DNA of 64,000 nucleotides from an uncultured delta proteobacterium (GCA_963784735.1 CAWASK010000001.1:426020-490019); one strand, 5' to 3'. Positions 52,171 through 63,150 are shown, counted from the stretch's first letter. The notes: generated by a model not told the origin, from the sequence alone. Numbers and translations are program-made.

Positions 52171-52392
52171 GGTGCGTTAGCGAAGCGTAACGCACCATTG
52201 GGGCTGCAATTAATCGGTGCGTTACGGACTTGCGGCCTAAGACCCTACGACTTACTCTCAAGGCTAAAGGACAAGATTGCATCATAATTCCGTAGGGATC
52301 GATATAAAATCGGCCCGCGCGCGTAAGCAAACAACTACTTAAAAGCCTTTAGAAGCCGAACACGTGACGGCGGGTCTGAGACCCGCCCCTAC
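52171..52392. repeat. cluster of REP-like palindromes upstream of sufC
   Basis: GGTGCGTTA-N8-TAACGCACC (52171-52196); a half-copy CGGTGCGTTACGG (52215-52227) followed by CCCTACG (52243-52249); and GGCGGGTCT-G-AGACCCGCC followed by CCTAC (52369-52392), which is a GTAG-headed hairpin on the - strand. Confidence 0.5.
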
Positions 52393-52450
52393 GCCGTTAC
52401 TTACCGATATTTAATAAAAATCACGTACTTTGTCGAGCAAAAGCGCAAGC

Positions 52451-54698
52451 CTAAATCCCGAGCAGGCGGGCTGCCTGGTAGGCGAGGACGCCCAGGAGAT
52501 AGGACACCGCAAGCATGCTCGCAAAGGAACCCAGGAACCATTTCCAGCTGCCCATCTCCTTCTTCATGGCGGCCATCGTGGCCGCGCAGGGGATGAAAAG
52601 CATCAGTACGACAAGGAAGGACAGTGCCGAAGCGCCGGTTATCATCTGCGGCAGCACTGCGCTGAGCCCCTCATTGCCGACGCCGTACAGGACCCCGAGC
52701 ACCGCGATCGAATTCTCCTTGGCCACAAGGCTGGAGAACAGGGCGATGATCATCCGCCAGTCAAGGCCCAGGGGCGTCCCGAGAGGCTCGATGAACCGGC
52801 CGATCCGGCCGAGGAGGCTGTTCTCCACCCCGACGCCCCAGGGCACATTGGAGAGCACCCACATGGCCACGGATACACCCAGGATAACTGTCCCGGCAAG
52901 TTTCAGGAAGGCGTAGCTCCTGTACCAGACCACTCTCGCGATCACTTTTATGTTGGGCCGGTGATAGAGCGGGAGCTCCATTATGAACGGGAGAGGCTCC
53001 TCTTTGAGGAAGAAATTATGGACAATTCTCCCCGATATCCCCAGCACGAGGATATTGAGCGCGATCAGGGCCGTAGAAGCGATCGATGCCCAGGCGCCGA
53101 ACATGGCTGCCGATACGAAGGTGAGGACGGCCAGCCGGGCGGGGCAGGGCACGAACGGCGTGAGGAAGATGGTCAGCAGCCGGGCCTTGCGGGATTCGAT
53201 GATGGCCGTGTTGAGGATGGCCGGGACGTTGCAGCCGAACCCCAGGCAAAGCGGGATAAAGCTCTTGCCGTGCAGGCCGACCAGGTGCATGAAACGGTCC
53301 ATGACGAACGCGGCCCGCGACATGTAGCCGACGTCCTCCAGAAAAGCCATCAGGAGGAAGAAAACCAGGAGGATCGGCAGGAACGTGACAATGTACCCCG
53401 TCCCGCCGATGGCGCCCTCGATTATCAGCCCGCTGACCCAGGCGGGCGCGAATGACAGGGCGGGCCGCAGGTGATCGGCCAGGGAGGCGACAAGCCCTTC
53501 GAGCATTTTCTGCAGGGGGAACCCCACCTCATAGGTCAGGAGAAATGTGAGGCCCAGGATCCCGCAAAGTATGGGTATGCCGTACAGGGGCCTGGTGAGC
53601 ACATGGTCTATCCGGTCGGTTATGAGGATTTGGCCTTTCTTGAACCTCTGCACCGCCGAACGGGCCAGCCCCTCAATCCACTCGTAACGGCCGTCCACGA
53701 TCGCGTGCAGCGAGTCCTCGTGCTCCAGCAGGATGCGGAGGCTCCGGTCCCAGACGTCGCGGGGCAGGATGGTTTCCAGCATCTTCGTGACTTCGGGGTC
53801 GCCTTCCATGAGCTTGGTCACAGCCCAGCGGCGGGGTATAGGGGGAGCGGATATGCGGCCCGATGATATTCAGCAGCTCGTCGAACTCGGCCCGGTGGTT
53901 GGGCGAGACCTCGGGAATTACCGGCCTGTAAGGGAGGGCCCCTTCGGCCAGCTCTATGATTTTCGTGATCAGCTGCCTCAAGCCTATGTTTCGGGTGGCG
54001 ACCATCGAGACGACCGGTACCCCCAGGGATTTCTCCAGGGCCCCCGTATCGAGGTGGATCCCCTGCTCCTCGGCGACATCCGTCATGTTGACGGCGACCA
54101 GCAGCGGTGTGTCCAGCAGCAGCAGTTCGGAAACGAGGTAAAGGTTGCGCTCGAGGGAAGCCGCATTGACCAGCGCGACGATGATGTCGGGTTGTTCCGA
54201 TATGATGAAGTCCCTGGCAACCCTTTCCTCTTCGGAAGACGAGGTGAGGCTGTAGGTGCCGGGCAGGTCGACAATCGTGATCTCGTAATCTTCGGTGGTA
54301 TGGGTCCCCTGCTTGCGCTCGACGGTTTTGCCCGGCCAGTTGCCGACGTGCTGGGAGAGGCCGGTCATGACGTTGAAGACGGTGGATTTGCCGACATTGG
54401 GCTGGCCCGCGAGGGCGACCAGCAGGGGCTTGCGCTCGTGCTGCCGCCTGGCGAAGGCCTCGGCCGGCCCGGCAGGGGTGACCGGGATATTCTCCGCCTC
54501 GCCCCTGCCCAGGGCAACCCTTGTGTCGGAGGCCATGACAATCATCCGCCCGCCCCGGTTGCGCAGCACCTTGACCCGTATGCCCGGGACAATGCCCATT
54601 CCCGCCAGCCTCATATTGAAGGCCTTGCCTCCGGAAATGGCGTGGATTATCCCTTCTTCATTCTCCTTCAGAAGGGTTATGAGGATTGTCTGGGCCAT
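52451..54698 (-). CDS. feoB: ferrous iron transporter FeoB with fused N-terminal FeoA domain (1 apparent frameshift near 53830)
   Basis: FeoA-like N-terminus (RLAGMGIVPGIRVKVL), G-domain GQPNVGKST / DLPGTYSL / NMTD, then a polytopic membrane domain with two Gate motifs. Confidence 0.9.
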
Positions 54699-54832
54699 AA
54701 TCAGGGTAGATACAATGACGGGGCATGGAAATGCAATACCAAACTCCCGAATTTAATATGGATTCATCGCAGGATTTGTTCCGGTGATTTTCAGGGCACG
54801 GCTCCCGGGGAGGCCCGTCCCGGCCGCCCGGG

Positions 54833-56005
54833 TCAGGACCCGTCCACGGCGATGCCGGTCTTCAGCAGTTCTCGTATCTCGTCTTCGCCATAACCGAGTT
54901 CCCGGAGGATCGGGACAGTGTCCTCGCCAGGCACCGGCGCGCCCCATGAGACTGAGGGGTCCGCTGCCGAAAACCTGAGAGGCGGGCCTATGCCTTTGGC
55001 CTTGCCGTAAGCGGGGTGCGACTGCTCCACGATCATCCCCCTTTCCCTTATGTGCGGGTCGTTCTCCAGTTCCGCCAATTCGAGGACGGGGCTCAGGCAG
55101 ATGTCCTCGCCGGCCGTCTTTGCCATCCACTCGTCGCGGGTCCTCGTCCTGAAGACGGCCTGAAGCTCCTTCCTGACGGCTTCCCCCTCTTTCCCCGCGG
55201 CGAATTGAAGGGGTATGAATTCAGGGGATTCGATCACCTCGCAGAACCTTTTCCAGTGTTTGGCCTCAAGGGCCCCGAGGGCGACATATTTCCTGTCGGA
55301 GCATTCGAACAGGCCGTAACAGGGCGTACCCCCCGGCAGAGGGCCCGGCTGCTGCCCCCCGGCGAAAAACGCCGCGAGGGGCTGTGTCATGAAGGGGAGG
55401 GCGGAATCAAGTATGGAGACATCGACCTTCTGGCCTTTTCCGGTATTGTGCCGGTCCCAGAGGGCGGCGAGGCAGGCAATGACCGCCATGTAGGATCCCG
55501 CCACGCCCGCGGCCTGTCCGCCCGGTATCACGGGCCCGCCCATGTTCCGGGTCAGGTCGATGAGGCCGGTGTACCCGAGGAAATTCACATCCTGGCCGGC
55601 CTGTGCGCTGTACGGGCCGGACTGCCCGTAGCCCGTCAGGGACACGAAAATGATGTCGGGCTTGACCCGGCAAAGCTCCGAATACCCCAGTCCCATCCGG
55701 TCCAGGTACCCGGGGCGGAACTGCTCGATAACCGCATCCGCCCCTTTGACCAGGTCTAAAATTATGGCGCGCCCCGCCTTTTCCGTCCACCTGACGGCGA
55801 TGCTCCGCTTCGACCTGTTCACCGCCAGGTAACAGGCGGATTCCGGGCCGACAGTGGGCGGGTACGTCCTCAGGGGGTCGGGAGAATCCGGGTCCTCCAA
55901 CTTGATGACTTCAGCCCCCATCTCGGCCAGCAGCATGGCCGCCAGCGGGCCCGGGAAAAGCCTGGTCAGGTCAAGGATGCGGACCCCCCGGAGGGGACCC
56001 GTCCC
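54833..56005 (-). CDS. CoA-transferase family III (CaiB/BaiF) protein; true start codon not identifiable
   Basis: The conserved N-terminal GVRILDLTRLFPGPLAAMLLAEMGAEVIKLE extends upstream of the first ATG (55936). There is no ATG, GTG or TTG in frame back to the preceding TGA. Confidence 0.75.
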   Translation of the reverse strand, partial: GTGPLRGVRILDLTRLFPGPLAAMLLAEMGAEVIKLEDPDSPDPLRTYPPTVGPESACYLAVNRSKRSIAVRWTEKAGRAIILDLVKGADAVIEQFRPGYLDRMGLGYSELCRVKPDIIFVSLTGYGQSGPYSAQAGQDVNFLGYTGLIDLTRNMGGPVIPGGQAAGVAGSYMAVIACLAALWDRHNTGKGQKVDVSILDSALPFMTQPLAAFFAGGQQPGPLPGGTPCYGLFECSDRKYVALGALEAKHWKRFCEVIESPEFIPLQFAAGKEGEAVRKELQAVFRTRTRDEWMAKTAGEDICLSPVLELAELENDPHIRERGMIVEQSHPAYGKAKGIGPPLRFSAADPSVSWGAPVPGEDTVPILRELGYGEDEIRELLKTGIAVDGS

Positions 56006-56050
56006 TGGTTTCCTGCCTGCCGACCCGGGAGGCCTGTCCCCGGGGCCCGT

Positions 56051-56387
56051 TCAGCCCTGGACCTTTTCGAAGAGCTTCACGAAACGCATCATCTCGCCCA
56101 CGTTGCTGACCTTGATCTTGCCGGTCATGAAGGCCATTTCGGCGCTCGTCCGGCCGTATTCTATATCGGCATACGTGGCCGCCGCGCGCCTGGAAAACAC
56201 ACTTGGCCTGACCCAGCAGGCCCGGTTCGACGCGGCAGGAGCCCTTGTCAATGGTGACCGTGAACTGGCCCCCGCCGTCCCCGGCGAGATCGAAGTGAAA
56301 AACGGCCGAGTAATCGCCGGCCTTCTCCGGGCGGAACCTTGTGCTCAGGCTTTGAACAATTTCGGCCCCCGTTGTTGGTGAACTCAT
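56051..56387 (-). CDS. SCP2 sterol-binding-domain protein (1 apparent frameshift near 56190)
   Basis: AAGGAGG ribosome-binding site before the ATG at 56387. ...AVFHFDLAGDGGGQFTVTIDKGSC... and the C-terminal MTGKIKVSNVGEMMRFVKLF are typical of SCP2. Confidence 0.7.
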
Positions 56388-56552
56388 TTTTGCCTCCTTT
56401 TTCGTTTCTTCCTTTTGTGGTTTGATTTCCGCAGGCGCCGCCGATGGTACCGCGGCCGGCGCCGCTTCTGCCCTTGGCGGCTCGGGCTTTTCCGCAGGCG
56501 TGCTGTCGCGGGCCTGCCGATGCCTCAGCGCCCTGGTAAGACATGCCGTCAA

Positions 56553-57688
56553 TCACGAAACGCGCAATGATCTCCCGCATGATTTCCGAAGTGCCGCCCA
56601 CTATCGTCCCCACCCTCGCGTCGCAGAAGGCCCGCGAGATCGGGTATTCCTCCATGTAGCCGTAGCCCCCGAACACCTGCAGGCAGGCGTCGGCCGCCTC
56701 TTTCGCCAGCTCGGTGGCCAGGAGCTTGGCCATGGCGCAGTACTGCATCGCCTGCTCCCCGTTGGCGTACATCCAGGCGCAGTAGTACGTGAGCTGCCTG
56801 ACCGCCTCGAGGCGGGACTTGATGTCCGCAATGGTGTGCCTGATGACCTGGAAACGGGAGAGGGGCTTGCCGAAGGCCTCGCGCTCGGAAGCGTACTTCA
56901 GGGTCATGCCGAGGTAATGGTCGATCCCCCCCACTGACACGGCGGCGCCCACGAGCCTCTCGAGCTGGAAACAGTCCATTATGTAGTAAAACCCCCGGTT
57001 CTCCTCGCCGAGCAGGCTGGAAGCGGGGACCCGCACGTTTTCAAACGTCAGTTCGGCGGTGTCCGAGCAGTGCCAGCCGATTTTTTTGAGCTTGCGCGAA
57101 GAGAAGCCGAGCGCCCCCCTTTCCACGACAAGCAGGCTTATCCCGGCCGCCCCCGCGTCGGGGTCGGTCTTCGCGGCCACGACGATGAAATCGCTGTAAT
57201 GGCCGTTCGTGATGAAGGTCTTCGAGCCGTTGAGGATATACTGGTCGCCGTCCCGGACGGCCCTGGTTTTGATTGCGGCCACGTCCGATCCCGTATTGGG
57301 CTCGGTTATCGCCAGGGCCCCGATTTTTTCCCCGGCTATGGCCGGCTTCAGGAGCCTGTACTTGAGTTCCTTGCCGCCGTATTTCCGCAGGTACTCCATC
57401 GCCATGAACTGGTGCACGGTGACCGCGGCCGCGAAGCCCCCCGAGTTCGAGCGCGGCAGCTCTTCCATGAACGCCACGGAGTAGAAGAAGTCGGCGCCGG
57501 TCCCGCCCAGCTCCTCGGCGCAGTTTATCCCGAGGAAACCCAGCTCGCCGAGCCTCTTCCACATCGAGCGGGGGATCTGCTCGTCTTTCTCCCACTCGCC
57601 GGCATGCGGCAGCACCTCCTTGGCGATAAACTGTCGTGACCGTAGTGCGGAACACCTCATGGTCCGCGGTGAAATAAGGCGATTTCAT
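56553..57688 (-). CDS. acyl-CoA dehydrogenase (1-2 apparent frameshifts; 3' end approximate)
   Basis: MKSPYFTADHEVF..., AITEPNTGSD, and the C-terminal GGTSEIMREIIAR. The current frame runs on without a stop to 56248, but both other frames have TGA at 56553-56556, exactly where the family normally ends. Confidence 0.8.
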
Positions 57689-57709
57689 AGATGTCCTTTC
57701 CTCCTTTCA

Positions 57710-57805
57710 GGCATTAGGCATCAGGCGTTAGGCGATTAGGGAAATAAATCTCGTATGCACTTAGTCATTCTTTTCCTAACGCCTCATGCCTATTGCGCTA
57801 ATGCC
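57710..57805. repeat. inverted arrays of GGCRTTA-like heptamers flanking a 42-nt AT-rich core
   Basis: The left arm GGCATTAGGCATCAGGCGTTAGG (57710-57732) is complementary to the right arm CCTAACGCCTCATGCC...CTAATGCC (57775-57805). It lies between the acyl-CoA synthetase stop and the ACAD start. Confidence 0.6.
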
Positions 57806-57810
57806 TGTCT

Positions 57811-59604
57811 TTAATACATTCTGTCCAGAAGGTCCTTATACTTTCTTCGATAACCCTCTTCTTCACTTCATCGTGGGGGTAAGTTCCCCCGATTCCACCG
57901 AGAACGGCGGGCACTACGCGGAAATACTTAACCTGCATGAACCGGGGCATTCTTTCATTGGCCCGGTCTATTTCCTCTGCACCCGGAGAGCACAGCGGGT
58001 CCTGACAGCTCCTGCCAGGGCATGTCCTCCATCCCGAAGGTGCGCGCGGTCTGCCTCGTCTCGGACCTCATTGAGGACAACGAGCGCGGTGAGGTAGTTG
58101 CGCCGGTCGCCGTGGATATAGGCCATCTCGATGTGCGGGCACAGCAGGAGCTCTCTGCTCCACTGCCGCGGGGGCGATGTTCTTGCCTGCCGAGGTGATG
58201 ATGAGCTGCTTTTTCCGGTCTGTGATGTAAATCCAGCCCTCTTCGTCAATCCTGCCGATGTCGCCGGTCCGGAAAAAGCCGTCCGGGGTGAAGGCCTCCC
58301 GGGTCTCTTCGTCATTGCGCCAGTAACCCTTGAAAATATTGGGCCCCTTCACCTCCAGTTCGCCGTCTGCGGCAATGCGCACGCTCACGCGCGGGAGCGC
58401 CTTCCCGACGGATCCGAAGCGGAACTGCCCGGGGGTGTTGAGCGAATACGGCGTCGTCCCCTCGGTTGCCCCCCATCCCTCGATAATCAGTACCCCGAGG
58501 GCGTGGAAGAATTCGGCCAGCTCCCGGCTGAGCGGGGCGCCCCCCGAAACGAAAAACTCTATCCTGCCCCCGAACAGGCCCCGGACCTTGGCCGAGGACA
58601 AGCCTGTCCGCCGCCCCGAGCTTCCATTTCATGACGCGGGTCAGCTTCCCTCCCCTGCGGCTCGACGGCCGCGCATTCACGGGCCGTGTTCATCGACCAG
58701 TCGAAAAGTTTCCTTTTCCATGCCGGGGAGGAGCGCACCCCGGCCATTATCCGGCCGTGGATCTTTTCGAAGACCCGGGGGACGCAGACCGCGAAACGGG
58801 GCCGGACCTCCTGGAAATTCCGGGCTACCTGGTCAAGGCTCTCCGCGTACGCGATGGTCCTGCCCAGGTACAGCACCAGGTAATACCCTGCGAACCTCTC
58901 GAAGGCGTGGGCAAGGGGGAGGAAGCTCAGGTTCAGGGTGAGCCTGTCCGTGTCCCCGACGGCCGCAACGATCAGCTCCGACGTCTTCAGGTAATTGTTG
59001 TGGGTCAGGACCGCGCCTTTGGGTTTGCCGGTCGTGCCGCTCGTGTACACGATGCACATCGGGTCCTCGCCCGTTCGCCAGCCTGGCCGCCGCGATAATC
59101 CTGTCAAGGGTTTCCGGGGAAGGATCTTCCGCGAGCAGGCTGGCGAACGGCTCGACCCAGCCGTCGGCGCCAAGGGACGGGGGCGGGTCAAAGACAAAAA
59201 CCCTGCGTACGCAGGGGATTGCCCCCCGGACTTTCATTATCTTTTCGAGCTGGGCCCCGTCTTCGACAAAAAGGTACGAGGCCTCCAGGTCATTGATGAT
59301 AAATTCCGCCTCGTCGGCCAGGCTGGTGCTGTAGATGGCGGATGAGACCGCGCCGGCGAGGAGCGAGCCCAGGTCGGCATAGGCCCATTCAGGGCGGTTA
59401 TTCGAAAGGACCGCGACGCGCTCGCCCGGATGGAGCCCGCTGCGGACGAGGCCGGCGGCGACTCTCATGCAGATGTCCCCCAGGCTCGCCGTAGGTCAGG
59501 GTGCGCCAGGCGCCAGCCGACTTGAACATCAGGGCGGGGGAACCGGAGAGCCCGGAAAAGTTTCTCAACAGCACGTCGTTGAAGTTCCGGAAATTCGCTT
59601 CCAA
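57811..59604 (-). CDS. long-chain-fatty-acid--CoA ligase (AMP-binding; at least 5 apparent frameshifts)
   Basis: IVYTSGTTGKPKGAVLTH, GWGATE, FRTGDIGRIDEEGWIYITDRKK and C-terminal GELTPTMKLKRR blocks, tiled over the ORFs 59398-59604, 58833-59468, 58559-59197, 58068-58601 and 57968-58315. Confidence 0.85.
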
Positions 59605-59660
59605 CAGCCCAGCTCCCGAAATTTAATCAAGCGGCTTCCGCCGACTGTCGCCCAGCCCGC

Positions 59661-61835
59661 TCAGTCCTGATGGAACTTCTGCCCGGCAGAGGCTTTAGCC
59701 CGGAGCAGGTCCGCGGCAATGAAACGCGGGCCGTTTTTCTCCCGCAGCTCTTCGAGCCTGCGGCAGACTGCATCGGCCCCGAGCGAGTCGATGTAACGGA
59801 ACGGGCCCCCCAGGTAGGGCGGAAAACCGAGACCCAGCACCGCCCCCAGGTCGCCGTCGCGGGGTGAGGCGAGGATGCCGTCCTGCAGGCAGTGGACGGC
59901 CTCGTTGACCATTACGAGGGTGAGCCGGTCCTGAATTTCCCGGGCCTCGAAAGACTTCCGGTGCGGCCCCCCGAAAAAGTCGTAGATTTGTTTGTTGACC
60001 TTTTTCCCCGGTTTCCCGAGCAGCCGGCCCAGCCTGTTCTTCCCGCCGTCGTAAGAGTAAAACCCCTTCCTGTTCTTCCGGCCTTTGTAGCCGGCGTGGA
60101 GGATGTTTTCCATGGCCGCGCTCGTCCTGAGCCCCCTCCAGGTGAACAGCGGCGCGAGGACATTGTAGACATGCGCCCCCACATCGATCCCCACCTCGTC
60201 GAGCAGGGTGATCGGGCCCACGGCAAAACCGAGCTGCCGCATGGCGGCGTCTATCTCCCTCACGTCCCCGCCTTCCTCGAGCATAACCATCGCCTCGTTG
60301 AGCAGGGGGGCGAGTATCCTCGTGGTGTAAAAGCCCGGGCCGTCCCTGACCACGATCACGTGCTTGCCCTGGCGGATGCCCGCCTCGACGCAGGTCGCCC
60401 TTACCCAGTCCGCCGTCTTGTCAGTAACCACGATCTCCAGCAGGGGCATCTTCGGGACCGGCGAGAAGTAGTGCATGCCGATCACCAGCTCCGGGCGCTT
60501 TGCCTGGCTGGCTATGTCTGCGATCGGGATCGAAGACGTGTTGCTGGCGAAAATGGTGTCCTGCCGGGCGGAATCCTCGATCTCGGCAAGGGCGCGGCGC
60601 TTCAGGTCGAGGTCTTCAAAGACCGCCTCGATGACCAGGTCGGCCCTGGCGAACCCGGAGTTATCGAGGGTCCCCGTTATCCTGCTGAATATGCGGTCCC
60701 GCTCGAAAGGCAGGAGCGCCCCGCGCCTTACCTTCCTGTCCAGGTCCTTCCAGACATCCCTCTCGCCGTGGCCCAGCGCGGCATGGGTCATGTCTTTCAA
60801 CAGCACTTCCATCCCGTTGACGGCGCTGATGTTGGCGATCCCGGACCCCATCAGCCCGGCGCCGAGTATCCCCAGGTTTTTCACGGGGCGCACAAGTTCG
60901 GCCGGGGGGCTTTTCCGCAGTGCATTCATCCCGAAAAAGAGCCCCATGAGCTGTTTTGCCTGGGGGCCCAAGACCAGTTCGTCGAAGAGCCGCTCCTCGG
61001 TCCTGTAGCCCTCCCCGGGGCCTTTTTCCGTCCCGGCCTCCACGCAGTCTATTATTTTAAGGGGCGCAGGGTAGTTGCCCTTCGTCTTCCTCAGGGTGCC
61101 CTTGCGGGCCCTGTCGTACATGAAACGGCGCCCGGCCGGGTTGGATTCGAGGATGGCCGCCGCAATCCCCCCCTTTTTCTTCTTCCGCCTCCCGGCGCAA
61201 AGTCTGAGCGGGGAATCCTCGACCCCATTCACCAGCTCGCCGGCGGCCTTGATCGCGGCTTCGTGGAGGCCGTAGGGGTGGATGAGCACGTCGACAAGCC
61301 CCATCCTGAGGGCCTGGCGCGCGTAAATGTTCCTGCCGGTGAGCATCATCTCCAGGGCCCTGCGGATGCCGATGAGCCTAGGGAGCCTCTGGGTCCCCCC
61401 GCCGGCCGGCAGCAGGCCCAGCTTCATTTCGGGAAGGGCGAAAACGGTCCGCCGGTCGTCGCTGGCCATCCGGTAATGGCAGGCGAGGGCGACCTCGAGC
61501 CCGCCGCCGAGGGCGGCCCCGTGGATGGCGGCGATTACCGGCCGGGAGAAGTTTTCCAGCCGGTCGAGGACGGCATGCCCGGCCCGGCTCAGGTCGTAGG
61601 CCTCGCAGGGCGAATTCATTTTCAGGACCTTCTCGATGTCAGCGCCCGCGATGAAATCTTCCTTCCGGCTGGCCAGGACGACGGCCTTCACGCCGGGGTC
61701 TTTTTCAATGCCGTCGAGGATCGGAGAAAATTCTTCGACGAGGTCCCGGGAGATCTTGTTGACCTTTTCCCCCGGCTCATCGAGCCAGACCACGGCTACG
61801 CTGTCGCGTCTTTCCACTTGTGCAACCGGCATCAA
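59661..61835 (-). CDS. multifunctional enoyl-CoA hydratase / 3-hydroxyacyl-CoA dehydrogenase (FadB/FadJ-like)
   Basis: Intact 724-aa ORF with an N-terminal crotonase fold (AAIHGAALGGGLEVALAC) followed by an NAD-binding domain, GILGAGLMGSGIA. Confidence 0.9.
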   Translation of the reverse strand: MMPVAQVERRDSVAVVWLDEPGEKVNKISRDLVEEFSPILDGIEKDPGVKAVVLASRKEDFIAGADIEKVLKMNSPCEAYDLSRAGHAVLDRLENFSRPVIAAIHGAALGGGLEVALACHYRMASDDRRTVFALPEMKLGLLPAGGGTQRLPRLIGIRRALEMMLTGRNIYARQALRMGLVDVLIHPYGLHEAAIKAAGELVNGVEDSPLRLCAGRRKKKKGGIAAAILESNPAGRRFMYDRARKGTLRKTKGNYPAPLKIIDCVEAGTEKGPGEGYRTEERLFDELVLGPQAKQLMGLFFGMNALRKSPPAELVRPVKNLGILGAGLMGSGIANISAVNGMEVLLKDMTHAALGHGERDVWKDLDRKVRRGALLPFERDRIFSRITGTLDNSGFARADLVIEAVFEDLDLKRRALAEIEDSARQDTIFASNTSSIPIADIASQAKRPELVIGMHYFSPVPKMPLLEIVVTDKTADWVRATCVEAGIRQGKHVIVVRDGPGFYTTRILAPLLNEAMVMLEEGGDVREIDAAMRQLGFAVGPITLLDEVGIDVGAHVYNVLAPLFTWRGLRTSAAMENILHAGYKGRKNRKGFYSYDGGKNRLGRLLGKPGKKVNKQIYDFFGGPHRKSFEAREIQDRLTLVMVNEAVHCLQDGILASPRDGDLGAVLGLGFPPYLGGPFRYIDSLGADAVCRRLEELREKNGPRFIAADLLRAKASAGQKFHQD

Positions 61836-61867
61836 CTGTCCTCAATTGGCAATGGTTTTACCTGTAT

Positions 61868-63150
61868 CTCTCCAGGAGAATGGCGTTGCCGAGGCCGCCG
61901 GCGGCGCACCCCGTCACTATCGCGAACCGGCCGTCCTCCCGGATCAGCCGGTTCGCGGCGGTCGTCACGAGCCTGGCGCCCGTCGCCCCGAAGGGGTGCC
62001 CGAGGGAGAGCGACCCGCCCAGGGTGTTGAGTTTTTCCAGCGGGCACCTCGCCGACCTTTTTCGTCCGGCCCAGCTTCTCGACGGCGAATTTGTCCGAGG
62101 CCAGGCATTTCATGTTTGCCAGGACCTGCCCCGCGAAGGCCTCGTGGGATTCGAACACGTCGATGTCGGAAAGCTCCAGGCCGGTGCGGGCGAGGAGCTG
62201 AGACACCGAGTACGCCGGCCCCAGCAGCAGCTCCTCTTCGGGGTCCTGCCCGGAATAGGCGTAATCCCTTATGAACGCCTTGGGACGTACCCTTCCGCGA
62301 GGGCCGCCTCCTCCGAGGCGATCAGCACGGCGGCGGCGCCGTCGGTGAGGAAAGAGGAATTGCCGGCAGTTACCGTGCCGTAGGGGCGCTGGAAGGCCGG
62401 TTTCAGTCCGGCGAGCTGTTCATAGGAAGTGTCCGCGCGAAAGCCGTTGTCCCTGACGACGGGCGTGAACTCCGGGGGGACCCTTACAGGCTCTATCTCC
62501 GGGGCAAGGAGGCCGTCCGCGGTCGCCTTGGCCGCGAGCTGGTTGGAGCGCAGGGCAAAGAAATCCTGGTCCTCGCGGCTGACGCCGAGGCGCGCCGCAA
62601 GCCGGTCGCAGTCCATGCCCATAATCCTGCCCGTTGAAAATTCGGCTATGGAGGGCATCTCCGGGAGCAGGTCGGCTGGCCTCAAGCCCTTCAAGATTTT
62701 CAGGTAGTCGAGGATGCCCTTGGCCCTTGACAGGGCGATGAGCTTCGAACGGAACGGTTTCCTGTAAAGGATCGGGATATCGGTGAGGCTCTCGGTCCCT
62801 CCGGCAAGCACGAACCGGGCTTGCCCCGCCGCGATTGCCTCGACGCCGGAAGTTATGGCCCGGTTTGCGGAGATGCAGGCCGTGCTCACGGTGTATGCCG
62901 ACGCGGAGCGCGGGACCCCGACGGCAAGCGCCGCTTCCCGGGCGACATTGGAGGTCTGGAGCCTGGCGACCACGGTCCCCATTATGACGGAACCCACCTT
63001 TGCCGGGTCCATGCCGGTCTTTCCGAGGAGGGCCTTGAGGGCGAGCCGCCCGAGATCATACGAGGAAAGGGCCTTGTATCCCGTCCCCGAGCGCTGGAAG
63101 GGTATGCGGCAGCCCTCGACAAGGACGATTTTTCTGCAGTTTTCAGGCAT
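61868..63150 (-). CDS. acetyl-CoA C-acyltransferase (thiolase; 2 apparent frameshifts near 62280 and 62040)
   Basis: Active-site VSTACISANRAI, then NSSFLTDGAAAVL, and after frame correction GHPFGATGARL and CAAGGLGNAILLERYR-stop. Confidence 0.85.

Noticed and set aside
51302-52330. A 342-aa version of SufC starting at 52330.
   Set aside because: The extra 90 N-terminal residues are translated from REP-like palindromes (for example ...VRYASLTHP...). A good ribosome-binding site and the canonical MLRIEEL start occur at 52060.
59892-62030. Very long antisense ORFs: a 712-aa ORF here, plus 50019-51290 (+), 22914-24440 (-), 37928-39157 (+), 4937-6283 (+) and 53733-54893 (+).
   Set aside because: They lie opposite genes with clear conserved motifs (FadB/J, SufB, the 463-aa protein, GT4, UvrA, FeoB). 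Their products are Arg/Pro/Gly/Ala-rich and low in complexity, as expected for stop-poor shadow frames in GC-rich DNA.
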